DNA of 64,000 nt, from NCBI GenBank assembly GCA_002633005.1, contig NMRA01000248.1, positions 62,001 to 126,000 on the forward strand, read 5' to 3'. The DNA is from Phoronis australis. Lineage: Eukaryota > Animalia > Phoronida. Positions 1-12,705 of the stretch are shown here, one piece after another. The first letter of the stretch is position 1. Each line of letters begins with the position of its first letter. Both the position numbers and the translations under genes were made by a program. A model generated the notes under the pieces. The model was not told where the DNA came from, ran no database searches, and saw only the letters and a list, made by a program, of their open reading frames with translations.

Positions 1-54
1 TCACGAACGTGTTGATATCTAAACATAATTAATATATATGATCTTGTGATTCAG

Positions 55-3000
55 GCGCAGTGCTAGTATCTGCCACCTGCGATAAGAAATACAAGGACGC
101 TAACCCCAACCACTCCGCGTGCCTTCCCAGATCTTCGAATTATGTCGATGGAGGTAGGCTTAACTATTTTCCCACTGTTGATGGAGATGGATAGGTTGCA
201 CGTGTGCGTGTTGAAATATTTGAATTTCCAAAGAAGTAAATCTGGTATGAATTCAGCTTTAAGCTTTGAAAACCGACCCAGAATAATTGTTAAGCAATTA
301 TCAATCGTAAGCAAATTTTTTCCTTGAATGCTGACTGAAAGATGACTACATTGATTTTCTTACATATGAAATGCATCATGGAGCCCAATGAAATAATTTT
401 GAAGGTAATTATTATATTTGCAATATTAACATATCTTCCTAATCATGGCGGATGAGTACAAGATGTATTGTTTACCACTGGCAATAGGTGTCTCTGCTGC
501 TGACAAGAAGCAGATAGTCGATGAACACAACAACTACAGACGCGACGTTGCCAAGAAATACAAAGCAGCAGATATGCAGATGATGGTGAGTTACTTTTTT
601 ATATTTCCACAGTGATAAACATGTGACGCGCTCCTTTGAGTGCTTGCACGCACAATTATATCGTAAAATGAAGGTTCATTATGGACTCCGTTAGTATCAC
701 ATGCGCGCACCCAGCCTAAAATATTGGGAGGCTTGAATTTTTCGGTATGCGGACCATTTACTAAAAGAAATCAACGGGGACTAAAAGAAAAAACTGGGCC
801 ACTAGGATGAGGCCTACGGATTGTGCATCAGCGCCGAAATCCTGTGGGCTTTGTGGACTTTTGTCTCGTTTACTCGGACATTTTGTTTCGTTGAGACGGA
901 CCTTTTTGCTCGAGCCCCCCGAGCCCCCTGGGTGGGCCCATGTATCATGAGTGATTGAAAATTTAACTTGTTGAAGTAGAAAAGTCCGTGCTGGAGTTGA
1001 CTCAGAGATTGAGTAGGTAAAACTCCCAACACCTTACTTTCTCGTGGAGGCCAATAGGTGTCTCACCTGGCTACCACATAACGGGAGAAAGCGGGGAAGT
1101 TTTCAATCAATCATCCTTGAAGAAAGACCTCAGAAGGGACCGAAAGCTATGTCCGCCAAACCAATAGACTCCGAAAATGTATTTTTTACCACTCAGTTTG
1201 CTTCCCTTTTAATAAAAAATCAAACGAACCGCTGGATGGATGTCTGGCTGGGTACGTTAACGTTGTTTGTGGTGTACTATGACGCATCTGGGGTGCTGCA
1301 AAAAATGTGGTGTGACGTGGTCTCTACTTCAGAATTGCTAAACCCTGCTTGCATTGTTGTAACCTCTATTAACGCGTATTACGTATAATAGACGTACTAT
1401 GGACAACGGTATTGGGGACATCATAACTAAAACATTGGCAAATCGGATCCAAATGAAAAGTTCATTGCCATATGTATCGTTTTTCCAAAACTGCGTAGGA
1501 ATCATTTGTGCCGTATTCCACTTTTGCATGAGGGGCTATAAAACGGCTTTTAGAATTTTGAGGAAAAACTCAAAAGTTGCATCAAAACGAAACAATAATT
1601 TAGAAAAATGTTACAGCATTCTATCCCAGTGCGTATCCTCATCAGCTACTTTTCAATGTTAGTGTAAAAGTAGCTCCTGACAATTTTTCTTCGACAGTCT
1701 CATCGTTTTGGTGCCTGGAGCTTCATGTGACCGCCGCGTTTGAGCAGATCGCAACAGAAATTCTTTTCTCACGTATCACCGTGCTGGAAGCATTCGTACA
1801 CATAGTGCTCGTTATATTCCTGGGTTCTAAGCTGACGAAATAAACATAACACCACAGTTCCACTTGTATAGACCCAATTCACGCGGCGGACACTAAAATC
1901 CAAAGCGAGGCTCACTGCGATAAACAAAGCGGAAATTTACATTGCGTCAGTTAAATGGCCGGTCTTTGGAGTCCAACCTGAATATTAAATCTTAGACAAT
2001 GTGTCAATAATTAACCACAGAGACGTAGAAAAATACAGTTAAAGAACAAGTCAATGCACCAAAGAGTTGTCTGACGAAAGGATATAAGTTTTTTCCGGAA
2101 AACTAGGTTCGAAACATGAAAATTATACATGACCAAATTGCGGCGATCGTAGTGTTACGGATTAGGTGTCATGCTGAATGCAGGGTTACGTTTCTTCTAA
2201 TAAATTCTTGATAAAAATGCTTTCTACACGAACCAGGTCATCTGGTCGTATTGTTGACGAGTTGAAGATATATTCGACAGTGGTTGCTCATAGCATTTTG
2301 CTGTCATAAGCAATTAGTCACATCTGGTTTAATTTGTTGATCAAGAGTAGGCCTATTACCTTCAAGCATAGCCTAGGTCCTGGTGAGGTAGGCACTACCG
2401 GGACTAACAGTTGATTTGTCATTGATCTGAAATAATATTTGATGTTATTAAATATATTATTTTGATTACAATAAAAAACACAGGCTCGCAATTGAAAATA
2501 ACAATTATATGACCATCAATTCTGCTTTCTTGGTTTTAATCATTACGTCTATTTCATGTGTTATATTTTTCAAATATCAATCTCGACCAAGTTGAGTTTT
2601 AAAATTAAAACACCTAATTCTTTCGTCCAAAGCATAACCTCGTTTTAGAGATCAATTCCAAATAACTGGACAGAACACAGTGGCGGATTTAGAGGGGCGC
2701 CAAGGGGGCCATTCCCCCCTAAACTTCTCCCAGATTCCATTTGGCAGTTCAGGAGCGCGAATTTCTGACGGGAAAAATCCTGGCTAATACTCTGCCTTGG
2801 CCCCTCCCCCCTAACTCAAAGTCCTGGATCCCCCCTGGAACAAGCATAGTTATCATGTTTCTTCACTGAGAGGCCTCGTTCATATACGAGGGGAAAGGTG
2901 CCTGATTTGCGGCCTTCTGAGAGGCCGGGAACGTTTCCCCGAGTGACGGGTCAGTGAAAAATCTACTGACCTCCGATCACTATCAATAGCACCCCGCCCT

Positions 3001-6000
3001 GTTGCAAGCTCTCATAGCTCTGTCTCAAGTATCAAGTAGCATTTTCAGTGGCTGATCTAGGATACCATGAGGGGGGCCCGACATCCTCGGAGAAGCAGGC
3101 AATGCGCGATTGTATGCACGCAGGCGGCCCGGAAGTTGCGGGCGCCGAGGATGTATATCTTCTGCTCAGGAAATCTGTCGTTGGACTAAAATAAAACAAA
3201 AAACGGAACCTGTTTTCCCCCTCGTCCGCAACCGGTCCTAGCTCGAACTCAGTATTTCCTCCAGCTTCTGGTTTATTTTTGCTTGCGGCAGTCAAGGGGG
3301 GGGGGGGCGGGCCCCTGGCTCCCCCTAAATCCGCCTACGATTTTGTAGTTTTTCAAATTGTCACCTCTGTGGTCACAGGTGAATTGAACCGTTGGAGAGA
3401 AAATTTTCAATCACTAAGGGAATTTTTAGGCCGGGAATTTCGCGTGATTTTCAATAATTTTGAGAGGGGAATAGGGCCGATGTAAAGAAAAATGCATCGC
3501 CCTTCCATCCATAGTCAATGAAAACACAGCCTGGCTGGCCGAAGATTCTCCGGTCCTCGTCACTATGGCGGCATCCGAGATGCGACAAATTATGATTCGA
3601 AAAAAGTTATAAATTTTACACGGACATATTTTCCTTCGTCGCGGCGTATGGCAAGGACCCAACGCTTCCGAATCCCAACGTCTTTGGGGATTGTAAAACA
3701 GACAGTTAAATGTCCGTATTTTTTCTAGCTGTTCGAGCAACGCAGAGTACAACTACGCGGATAAGCCACCAGAGCTATCGTAGCGAGCCTCGTTTTGGAA
3801 CGCGCCTCCTGTCGGCGTGAATAGGGTCTATTGCGTAGCGCAGGTCTACAGGACACGTGTACCGCGATAGTAGAGAGACTATCATATGCAACCGTATGTT
3901 GAACATACACGTATATCACAGCCTTACTCTTAGGCTATAAAATACAATTAAATTTTGAGAGATCCAACCACTGAGGCTCCTTTCAAATATACGTCGACCG
4001 ACGTGGTTCTGGTTTCGCTCAAGAAGACTCGGGATCGAATCACGAGCTCCCCATTAATGCTAAAAGTTTTTAAAAGGAACTAATACGAAATTGGGTCAGT
4101 GACGTACTATGTTAGTATGCATTACAGAAATGTTAATAAGGTAACAAATACGTAAAAGTCCACGTGGCTGGGGATGTTCAAGTTTATTTTATATTCTTAT
4201 GTCTAATTTAGTTATTTTTCATTACTCGTGGATCTATGCCACTAAAGTAACTTAGCAAATAAAATAGCAACACCTGCTTTGTGGTTGATTAGAAAAAAAA
4301 CTACAGCACATTAGAAAAGAATCAGTTGATGAGAAAATGACGCCCGTGCTGATCTTGAGTTTGGCAGTCCTGGTGTCGAATTGACGACATCCAGGACTTG
4401 AAATAATAGCATTGCCTTAACAGTTGCTAGCACTAGTTTCCTAGTCAAGCTTTTCTACACACTGATGGACGTAAATTTACATAGTTACTGTTTCAATTGG
4501 GAAATCAGATGATAGGGTCAATTACAGACCATGCCTTCTTTTAGACTTTCACTGAGAACATTTCACCTTCGTCACACACTGGTAATCATTTAGATTTAAA
4601 ACACCGGGGAGTATTTACAGTGTTTGCCAATTTCAGGTGTGGGATGACGAGATTGCCAAAGTTGCTCAATCGTGGGCGGAAAACTGCAATTTTGCCCACG
4701 ATCAGGGCAGTCAAAGAGGAATCCCAGGTCTGTCATTTTATCTACTTGGGCTTTTGTGAAATGCGAAAAGCATTTTCCCACGCATCTCTTTTAAAACACA
4801 ACATTGCCGGAGTCCTGACAGTCTTTGAGCGTAAGAAATTCTAATAATTCTAATTCTATAATGCCATGGTAACGTAGCGCGACACAGGTCTTCGCACATG
4901 CAGACCACTAGGGAAGTTAACATAGCTTAAGGAAGTAATCGATAACTCAGTTCATTTACTTGGAAGAAGCTAGAGAATATGAAAACGCAAATGAAGAACA
5001 AGATAACCAATAGAGATTTTTAGTCTGACATTCTCTGCAATTATTCTTCACACGTATGTACGGACAAAAGCTATCTCTGCACTGTTCTGCTTCACATCGT
5101 TGTGTATACACAAACCCGCTACAGTGAAGTTTAAGCATTTCAGAGAGGGTCTACACAAGGTGTGCCAAAATATTACCCTTACTGACATGTTTTTATGTTT
5201 GAATATTTGTTTCAAAAATGTGGTTCAAATACTTGAATTCTTTCGTTTGTTACTGATAGGCTCTTGTTTTCTCATGATTTCATAGTCTTCGTGAGTGCAA
5301 AATGATTAATGGCCCTTCATATGGTCGTTTCAAGTATGCCTTTGGCACTCCCTTTCATTGCGATGTACCCCCAGGTTGCCACTCATTTAGCCCCCACCTC
5401 GGGTTGTCAACGATTCGATGTTTGGATACCTCTGGCTATGCCAGTGGTTGGAGGTATTCCATCGAAACATTCGAACAACGTGACAAGTACCTAGACTGCA
5501 ACCAACAAAACCCACATGGGCGGGATGGCCTTGACAGTTTTGACAACTAAAAGTTTTCAATGAAATTTTAGTGTTCCACCTTCACAGTTGTTACGAAGCG
5601 CCCCCTTTGTTCTATTCACGTGACCTACAAGAAATTTGCCGACCCAAATTGTAGAAGCCTTTTGTTAAATAACGCCATTCAAAAATGCACGACAACCGTC
5701 TTTAAATGGCGTCATGAGTGAGACATGGCCCTGTGTTGTATACATTAGTTCCACTGAATTGTGCCTGTTAATAGAAACAGTCCGTGCGTTCCCGAAGCAG
5801 AAGATCGTGTTTAAAAGCTAACGTAATAGGCCTATGCGAGTAAAAAACAAGCTGGCGTGAGTTCAGTAACGCTAGGACCTAATCTAGGACCTAGCTGAAA
5901 TCTAGCCAAAGTCACGTGTTCTCAGTTAAAATACACGGCAGTGTCTCACGTAATCTCGCGAGGTCTTGCCATTTAGCGAGGTCCTAGCGCAACTGAACGG

Positions 6001-9000
6001 GAGGCTAGATATTTGTTCCACTTCCCTTGGCATCTTGGTGCTATCCTGTTGCTTTGCAAGACCACATGCTGGTTATCTGGGTGCAGGGCTATACACCTGG
6101 CGTGCGTTCAGTAACGCTAGGACCTCGCTAAAAAGCAAGACTTTGCGAGATTACGTAAGATATTGCTGTGTATTTTAACTGAGAACACGTGACTTTGACT
6201 AGATTTTAGGCTAGGTCCTAGCGTAGGTCCTAGCGTTACTGAACGCACGCCTGGTACGAGTTTATACAACGAGATGGGGATTTTGTCCCTATGTTCTGCT
6301 TAGTTTGAAAATCTTCACTTCACTTTTACTAATTAAAAATGGCGCCACCTGACCACGAGTGATTGCCTATGGTACAGAATTGCATGTAAAATTGCGAACG
6401 GATTTCTCAAAACGACCAATTCCATAGTGAAAAGAAACGTTTTCTTCCTCAAAATTTACACCTATCGCTCATTGTCTGACAATCTATGACCGGCACCCAT
6501 TGATCGTCCCCTCTCTGACTATCTATGGGGAGTCCGCACTAACAACCTTCAAACGGTATGAAAGAAAATATCTGGAACATCTCAGATATTTTCGTTGCCT
6601 CGAATTATAAGTTGAGACCACAATACCGGAGTGGAGGTTATCACAAAAATGAGTGTCAACGAAGCAACAGTGATTCAGTGACTAGGCGCATAAATTGATA
6701 ATGCAATTCATTATTGACTGTGTTCAGTGGACTGAAAATTTCATGTTTCTGTGGCGTATTTAAACAATATTCAAATATAAAATTACTATACAACTAAAAC
6801 GGAAAATTTCTTAAGTCCATCTTTTAAAAATTATATTTTTTGTGTTATGTGCAATTTGTTTGACGTTTTGAAATACATCTTTTGCAAAATTTAGGCAAAT
6901 ACGGAACCGGTCAAAACATCGCCATGGGTGCAATGTACAACACCTGGCCAAAAGCGATCAAAGCCTGGTATGACGAGATCAAGGACTTCAGTTACGGTGG
7001 TAACGCTCCACTGGGCAAGATAGGACACTTCACACAGGCGAGTGTTTCATACTATTAACTTGGTCCTTCCTAACGTGTTTGTTAAATACAAAGTGTACGA
7101 TGGGAATGCACTAAGCAAATGGGATGACATATGTAGCAACTGCAAGATTTAAGTGTGACGTTGCTGGGTTTCACTTAGGGTTTTAATATTGGTTCGTGAC
7201 CGTCAAACTTCGCCCAAGACACGGCTCAAAATGACCAATCGCTTAACTTTCACGCTTTCAGTAAACTTTCAAAACTCACACGATGCGAATGGTCAATTTC
7301 TTGTAAATTTTGGTATTCCTGGGGCCCTTTTATGTAGCCTTCAACCTTGTTAGTGTCATGTAGATAAACATCCTTTTCATTTCTCTTAATGTATCTAGGT
7401 GACATGGGCTAGTACTGTAAGAATTGGGTGCGGCTTTGCAAACTGCAAGAACGTGAAGAACTTCTACGTGTGCAACTATGGACCCGCGTGAGTAATGTTT
7501 AAAGGAGCATGCCACCCAAAAAACAACCTAATTTGTATCAATTTAGATCGAGTAGTTCTACTCCATAACGACACGTACGGTTGCATTACCTGACATCTGA
7601 CGGCAGACGGAGGTGTTGAAATTATCCAATGACGTCATCGGTTTCACACNNNNNNNNNNNNNNNNNNNNNNNNNNNNNNNNNNNNNNNNNNNNNNNNNNN
7701 NNNNNNNNNNAGGACGAGCTAGAGCTCATCAGTCCCGACTTCGCAGGTGGATCGTTAAGTTTTACAGGCTATCAATTCGAACAGGAATAGAGTGATGAAG
7801 AAATACTAGAGAGGCGCCGTGAACAAGCTCAGACAACGGAACGTATGGAGTTATTTGGTAAGCCGGCATTCGTCAGGCACTGTCGACTGCAGGCCACAGA
7901 CACGGAGATGTTTCACGGCCTCATACTTGCTATTTACAGCATACATTTCATTGTTCACTACCATGAGCCTCTTCCTAAGCATTTCGGACTTTCGAGGAAG
8001 TAAAAAATAAACGATTTACCCGCTTTCCTCGCAGCTGCTTAGTTCGCACAAGCGGGAACGATGCACCGCAACATAGCGGCATTCTCTCTGCATATGAACC
8101 ACTGACGTCGCTAGCGTCGTTTCTCACCTTCCTCACAGGTTAACGCGACACCTCTTGGCAAGGTAAGATCGACCGTGTGCGAGGCGATGTGGATATAGAC
8201 CGATTAAGACGGCAAAAAAGACTAATTAAATCGGGTGTCATTCTCCTTTAATGAGTCCCAGTGTCCATCTTGGAGCGTACAGGGTCTGTAACCTGCATAA
8301 TTTTTGCGTGCTAGTCACGTGGATGGCATTAAATATACCCATTGTTTATACAGATATGAACCGATCCGAGGGCAATATCAGCCAGGTTCCCGTCTTTCGG
8401 TTTAAGACAACATTGCTCTTCCGAGGTGCACGTAACCCGATAAGCCCATTTTTATTTTATTGTACAACATTCCTCTGATTTCCTCTCCTGTTACATTGGC
8501 ATGTCCTTTTTTGCCTTGCTGAACTGTCATCATCTGCTTGACAGCATTTATCACGTGACCAGAGCTCTATGGTTTCTACAGCATACAATTAATTTTTCAG
8601 TTCTCGAAAAGCGACATCTAACGTCCGATCAGCTTGAATGAAAAGTGACATTACATGGTTAACTGGGAAGCATCACCTTACAACCAAAGTCACCGTACTA
8701 CGTTTTAGCCAATCAGAGTATCGAAATATCAGTATTTGTCTAATAATAGTTAATTACTTTCCGTTTTTTTTGGCCATGGGTTGCTTCAACATAGTTTGAC
8801 ACTTGAAAGACACAGAGAGAAATGTTCGTTTTTCAACGGAAAATGTGAATGTTGTGGGTGTTATTTACGTCCGACTCTTTCTCATAATTCAACATTCTGG
8901 AGTAGCCATTCAACCACATTTAGAGTCAATTTGCCAGCGTACGTTAGCAAAGCAGCGAGCTTACTAGTGAGACGCACGTTGTTCTAGCGTGATTTTTACA

Positions 9001-12000
9001 AGACAACTAAGTCGCGAAGCGCTTGCCTTCTCCACTCGCCCTTGGCCCACATTCAACTGTAAATGACCACAGGAGTAATGTACATAGCAATTTCTTTCAT
9101 CAAAATCTATGAGACCAGGATTCTAGAAAAAAATTAGGAAAATGCGACCACAGTTTTTAGATTCTAGAACGAAATCTTGCGGCATTAGTTACCTTTAGGA
9201 GTCCCGGAATTTGATTACCAGTTTGATGTCTGTTACTCAATTAAGGAAATTGGTTCTCAAAATTCGGAACACCTGCAAATGATTAAAATATATTTTTTTC
9301 AGAGGGAACTCTAAACCAGTTACCAAACCGTGGAAGCAAGGGAGTGCCGCTTGCAGTGATTGCTCAGGTACATGCAAAGACGGATTGTGTGGTAAGTAGG
9401 TGATTGGAAAAATCTGTTCAATTTCATAAGCTCCGTTGAAATACCTTTGGTTTAACGAGTACTCTAACCACCATTTTAATTACTGTTTTTCCCTTCATTC
9501 TCGAACATTTACATGATTTATGTAGCATTACAACAGTCTACACCAGAACGCTCCACCCTCTGTTGGCGATCACTGAACTCCGTCTCCATTCTCTCTGGTT
9601 GAGACTTAAGCACGTGGTCCATGATTTTATTTAGACACTAGTCTAACTTGGTAAAAGGGTTACACGCACGCAGTTTATTGTGTACGCTCGTATTTAGGTT
9701 TATGGGCCTATATTTGAAGCTGATCCTTTATTCAGAGTTAGGCACACTTGAGCAAAAGCGAGGAGCAGATTTCTAAATCAATATTGAGTGACAGAAATTT
9801 GACTTATCCGTTACATTGTGATAGATCTTTACGAGTATTCAATTTAATACTAACTACTAAATCAGGAGTATTAGTTATTAAATAAGGAGTATTTGTAAAG
9901 CCATCATCGAACGGGTTTTTATTTTTATGGACTAACCAGATAGTCATAATTCTTAGCAGCACAAAATGAGAAAACACGATGAACACTCAAACACAGGTAC
10001 GTCAAATAAAACGTGAAGTTGTGTGTTACTTTCATGAAGTTCATTTGGCACTGTTTGAAAAAATAGGAGTGTGTGTTCATGAAAATTTACAGTAATCATA
10101 CAACTCGTTTAAAGTATGCCAGTAGTAAAACGTCAGACGTTTTTATGATTTGTTCTTTTTCACCACGTGATGGAAATATGAAGCTCTCTTGCATTGTGCG
10201 CTTTATACTACAAAAATGCTGGAATGTCTAGCATTAACCCTATTATAGAGATCTGCAGGAACTGTCAACACTCTTAACACAATCAGACATATCCTAGCAC
10301 AATCATCAATTTTTGCACAGGTGATACCTAAGAGTACTAGCATATCACACGAGTTCACATCACTTTGAGCATGGACGTCGCCATCTTGGCACGCGTCGGT
10401 TGCTAAGTCTGTGATTGGCTAATGCTATGGGTCACTGTGCCATCTATCGCTAAACATATGCGACAGTGTTATGAACCAAACTTAGTTTTAATAGAAATGT
10501 GCAACCTATATCGCGGAAACTTATTTAGAATAATGAAACGTCGATACCTGATATAGCCGCACTAGCAAGACCCTTCAAGTAGCATGCTTGAAAACTGCCG
10601 TCAGGGCATTGAGGTTGCAAAGAAGATAACCATGCTTGAGTCAAAACATTTACATCTAATTACCTGCAAGACCTGAATAATCTTTTGTGGCTAATATTTT
10701 TTTAGCCAACAGTTCCATGTTTAGCACTTTTTTGAAAATATCCCATGCACCATTTCAGACTGTAAAGGTAAGGCGTGTTTCAATGGCGGCACAGTGGACC
10801 CAAATACTTGCAAGTGCAAGTGTAAGGACAAAACATACGACCCGGAAGACTGCAAGCGTAAGTATAAAGCTTGGTTGTTTAGAACTTGTATTTGTAACTA
10901 AATAACAATGATCCATTCACGTCAACAATTCAATCGCCAGATGTATGAATATATGAATCTTAAATATAGATCGGAAACAGTTTGAAGTCCGGCCTGCACA
11001 TGTTGGACTTAGGCGTCTGCACGGTTAGCAGAAAGTCCCGGGTTCGAGTCAAGGTCAGGGTAGAGTTCTTTGTAAGCTTGTATTCGAAGGTCACGTGATG
11101 TGCACTACAGGTGACGTGCAGACCAGACGTGAAAATATTTGCGATTAATCGCCAAAATTTTTACATTACAGACGTTGAGAGACATGCTTAAAGTGTGAGT
11201 CACCAAGTGCTTCAACATGCTTCGTTCATTTGTCAAACTTTGTTACACGTTATCCAAGCTAACCCGTTATCATTTGAACGGAAACCAACGTAATCACATT
11301 GGAAAGCACGCGAAGCTGCGTTATCAAAAATTAACTACGTTCAAGCACAAAAAACACCGATTTAGCTTGAATATTGCATTGTTTACTTTTTATGGGAAAT
11401 GTTGAAACTAGTAACGCACGGTACTCAATACCAAAATGGCAACTCATGGTAAGTGAAATACTCCGGACACAGTATATACCGCAGATACAGCTAAATGGTT
11501 TTGACATTGTTACTGCTTTGAATTACACCAAGGGCACCTTTCATGAACAGTGACTTAAAACTAAATCAATTTGATCTTACGCTCCGCTGCACACAACTCT
11601 TTCTGAAAAGAACAAAATATCACTTGAGCATTAATACAAAGTTTCTGAAAACATACGCAACTCTGAAAGATACAGAGATAATTTCTAAGAATTATTTCTA
11701 AATGGTGATACTTATTTGTCTGAACATTTTCAGCAATTGTGAAATGAAAGTGTGAGACCGAATTTCTGTCTTAATGCCCAAATCTCTTACACGTGTACGG
11801 ACAACCTCCTGCACTCCAGCTTGCTATGGAACGCTAATGTGTTCTTTTGAGAACGCATGCATTTGCACTCGTCTTTTTGATCAGGAGTCAAGCACATTCA
11901 TTCATTTGCTAGGTCACATGATCATTTACTAGTTGTTGTAATAGAAAACATCACCGACGCCTGCAGTATGCAAATCCTTTTGCAGTTGATTGCTCGAAGG

Positions 12001-12101
12001 TGAAAGACAAGTTCTACTGTTCCATGTGGGGTTCCAGAGAATGCAGCATGTACTCCAACGCCCCTGCAGACTGTCCTCACCTCTGCAAGGTCTGCCCATA
12101 G
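55..12101 (+). CDS. Cysteine-rich secretory CAP/SCP (CRISP/PR-1/antigen 5) protein with EGF-like and ShKT-like C-terminal modules, Conus Tex31/Mr30-like; paralogue 1, first exon upstream of window
   Basis: In-phase exons 55-153 (GAVLVSATCDKKYKDANPNHSACLP), 488-585 (IVDEHNNYRRDVAKKYKAADMQMM), 4637-4727 (VWDDEIAKVAQSWAENCNFAHD), 6895-7037 (GQNIA..WYDEIKDF..GHFTQ), 7399-7487 (VTWASTVRIGCG..YVCNYGPA), 9303-9391 (hinge, CSDCSGTCKDGLC), 10759-10857 (EGF-like, CFNGGTVDPNTCKCKC), 11986-12101 (ShKT-like, CSMW..C..YSNAPADCPHLCKVCP*). All introns are GT-AG except a GC donor at 7038. CAP motifs GHFTQVTW and YVCNYGPAGN are present. Confidence 0.92.
2678..2837. mobile_element. Non-autonomous TIR DNA transposon (MITE) with 5-bp TSD, subfamily A
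   Basis: Ends cagtggcggattt / ggatccccccctg; flanked by gaaca on both sides. Confidence 0.7.
3046..3339. mobile_element. Non-autonomous TIR DNA transposon with 5-bp TSD, subfamily B (short derivative of the 61854 element)
   Basis: Ends cagtggctgatctagg / cctaaatccgcctacg; TSD atttt. Both ends match 61854-62847. Confidence 0.7.
5855..6250. mobile_element. Two ~150-bp MITEs of one family in opposite orientation (5855-~6003 and 6100-6250), PIF/Harbinger-like
   Basis: TIR gcgtgcgttcagtaacgctaggacct. The second copy is flanked by ctg on both sides. The internal sequences are approximate reverse complements of one another. Confidence 0.7.
7503..8247. mobile_element. Kolobok-like non-autonomous DNA transposon (TTAA target) spanning the N gap at 7650-7710
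   Basis: ttaa|aggagcatgccaccc ... gggtgtcattctcct|ttaa: imperfect TIRs starting AGG with a TTAA duplication. Confidence 0.6.
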
Positions 12102-12559
12102 ACGTGACAAATTGTAAGTGTCCTGATAAACGGACAACTCCCTGTTACTTCTTAAAACGCAAGTTATAAATCGGGCGCCTTTTCCACAAAGTATTTTAAC
12201 TTATGAATGGTACACCATACATGTATAATTAATTAGGAGTCAATTTCTTACTGTTAATTGTCCAATTTATTTATTGCTAATTCAATATGAAAATTCTACG
12301 ACTGATAAGCTCGCGATGATCCCCGGCCAATCATAAGCAATATCAGGAAGCGATTCGTGTGAAATAAACTGGGTTTTCCTGTCATCTCCACCAAATTGTT
12401 TGATTTTCCGTAAGCACCAACCACTGACCAAACATAATATTTAGCACCAAACTTGTAAGACGCAAGCCCAAAGAAGATTAAATGTTTTTCCGTTACCGTT
12501 TCAACGCACTTGCTTACGCACCTCAAGCGCATCAAAATAACAACCTTTTAAATGCAATA

Positions 12560-12705
12560 GGGGGACAGGAGAACATTGGGCCGGAGTGACATCAGGACGC
12601 ATGAAAATGGGATCGGGGGAACATCGGGACGACAGAATATCGGTCCTGGGAAAAATTGGGTGCGTGACATAGGGATTTGGAATGCAGGGACCGGGTAGTA
12701 GCGGG
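12560..12705. repeat. Degenerate ~15-bp minisatellite
   Basis: Recurrent ..gaacatcggg / gaacattggg / gacataggg units. Confidence 0.45.

Noticed and set aside
8330-8750. Crypton-like non-autonomous element ending in agccaatcagag..taataa
   Set aside because: Resemblance only; no second copy or verifiable boundary in the window.
11000-11065. tRNA-like B box ggttcgagtc (similar degenerate heads at 22780-22845, ~43345-43390 and 62085-62158)
   Set aside because: No complete cloverleaf or acceptor stem. These are SINE-type remnants, not tRNA genes.
12560-12705. Regularly spaced short repeats as a possible CRISPR-like array
   Set aside because: Degenerate tandem ~15-mers without unique spacers, in a eukaryotic context with no cas genes.
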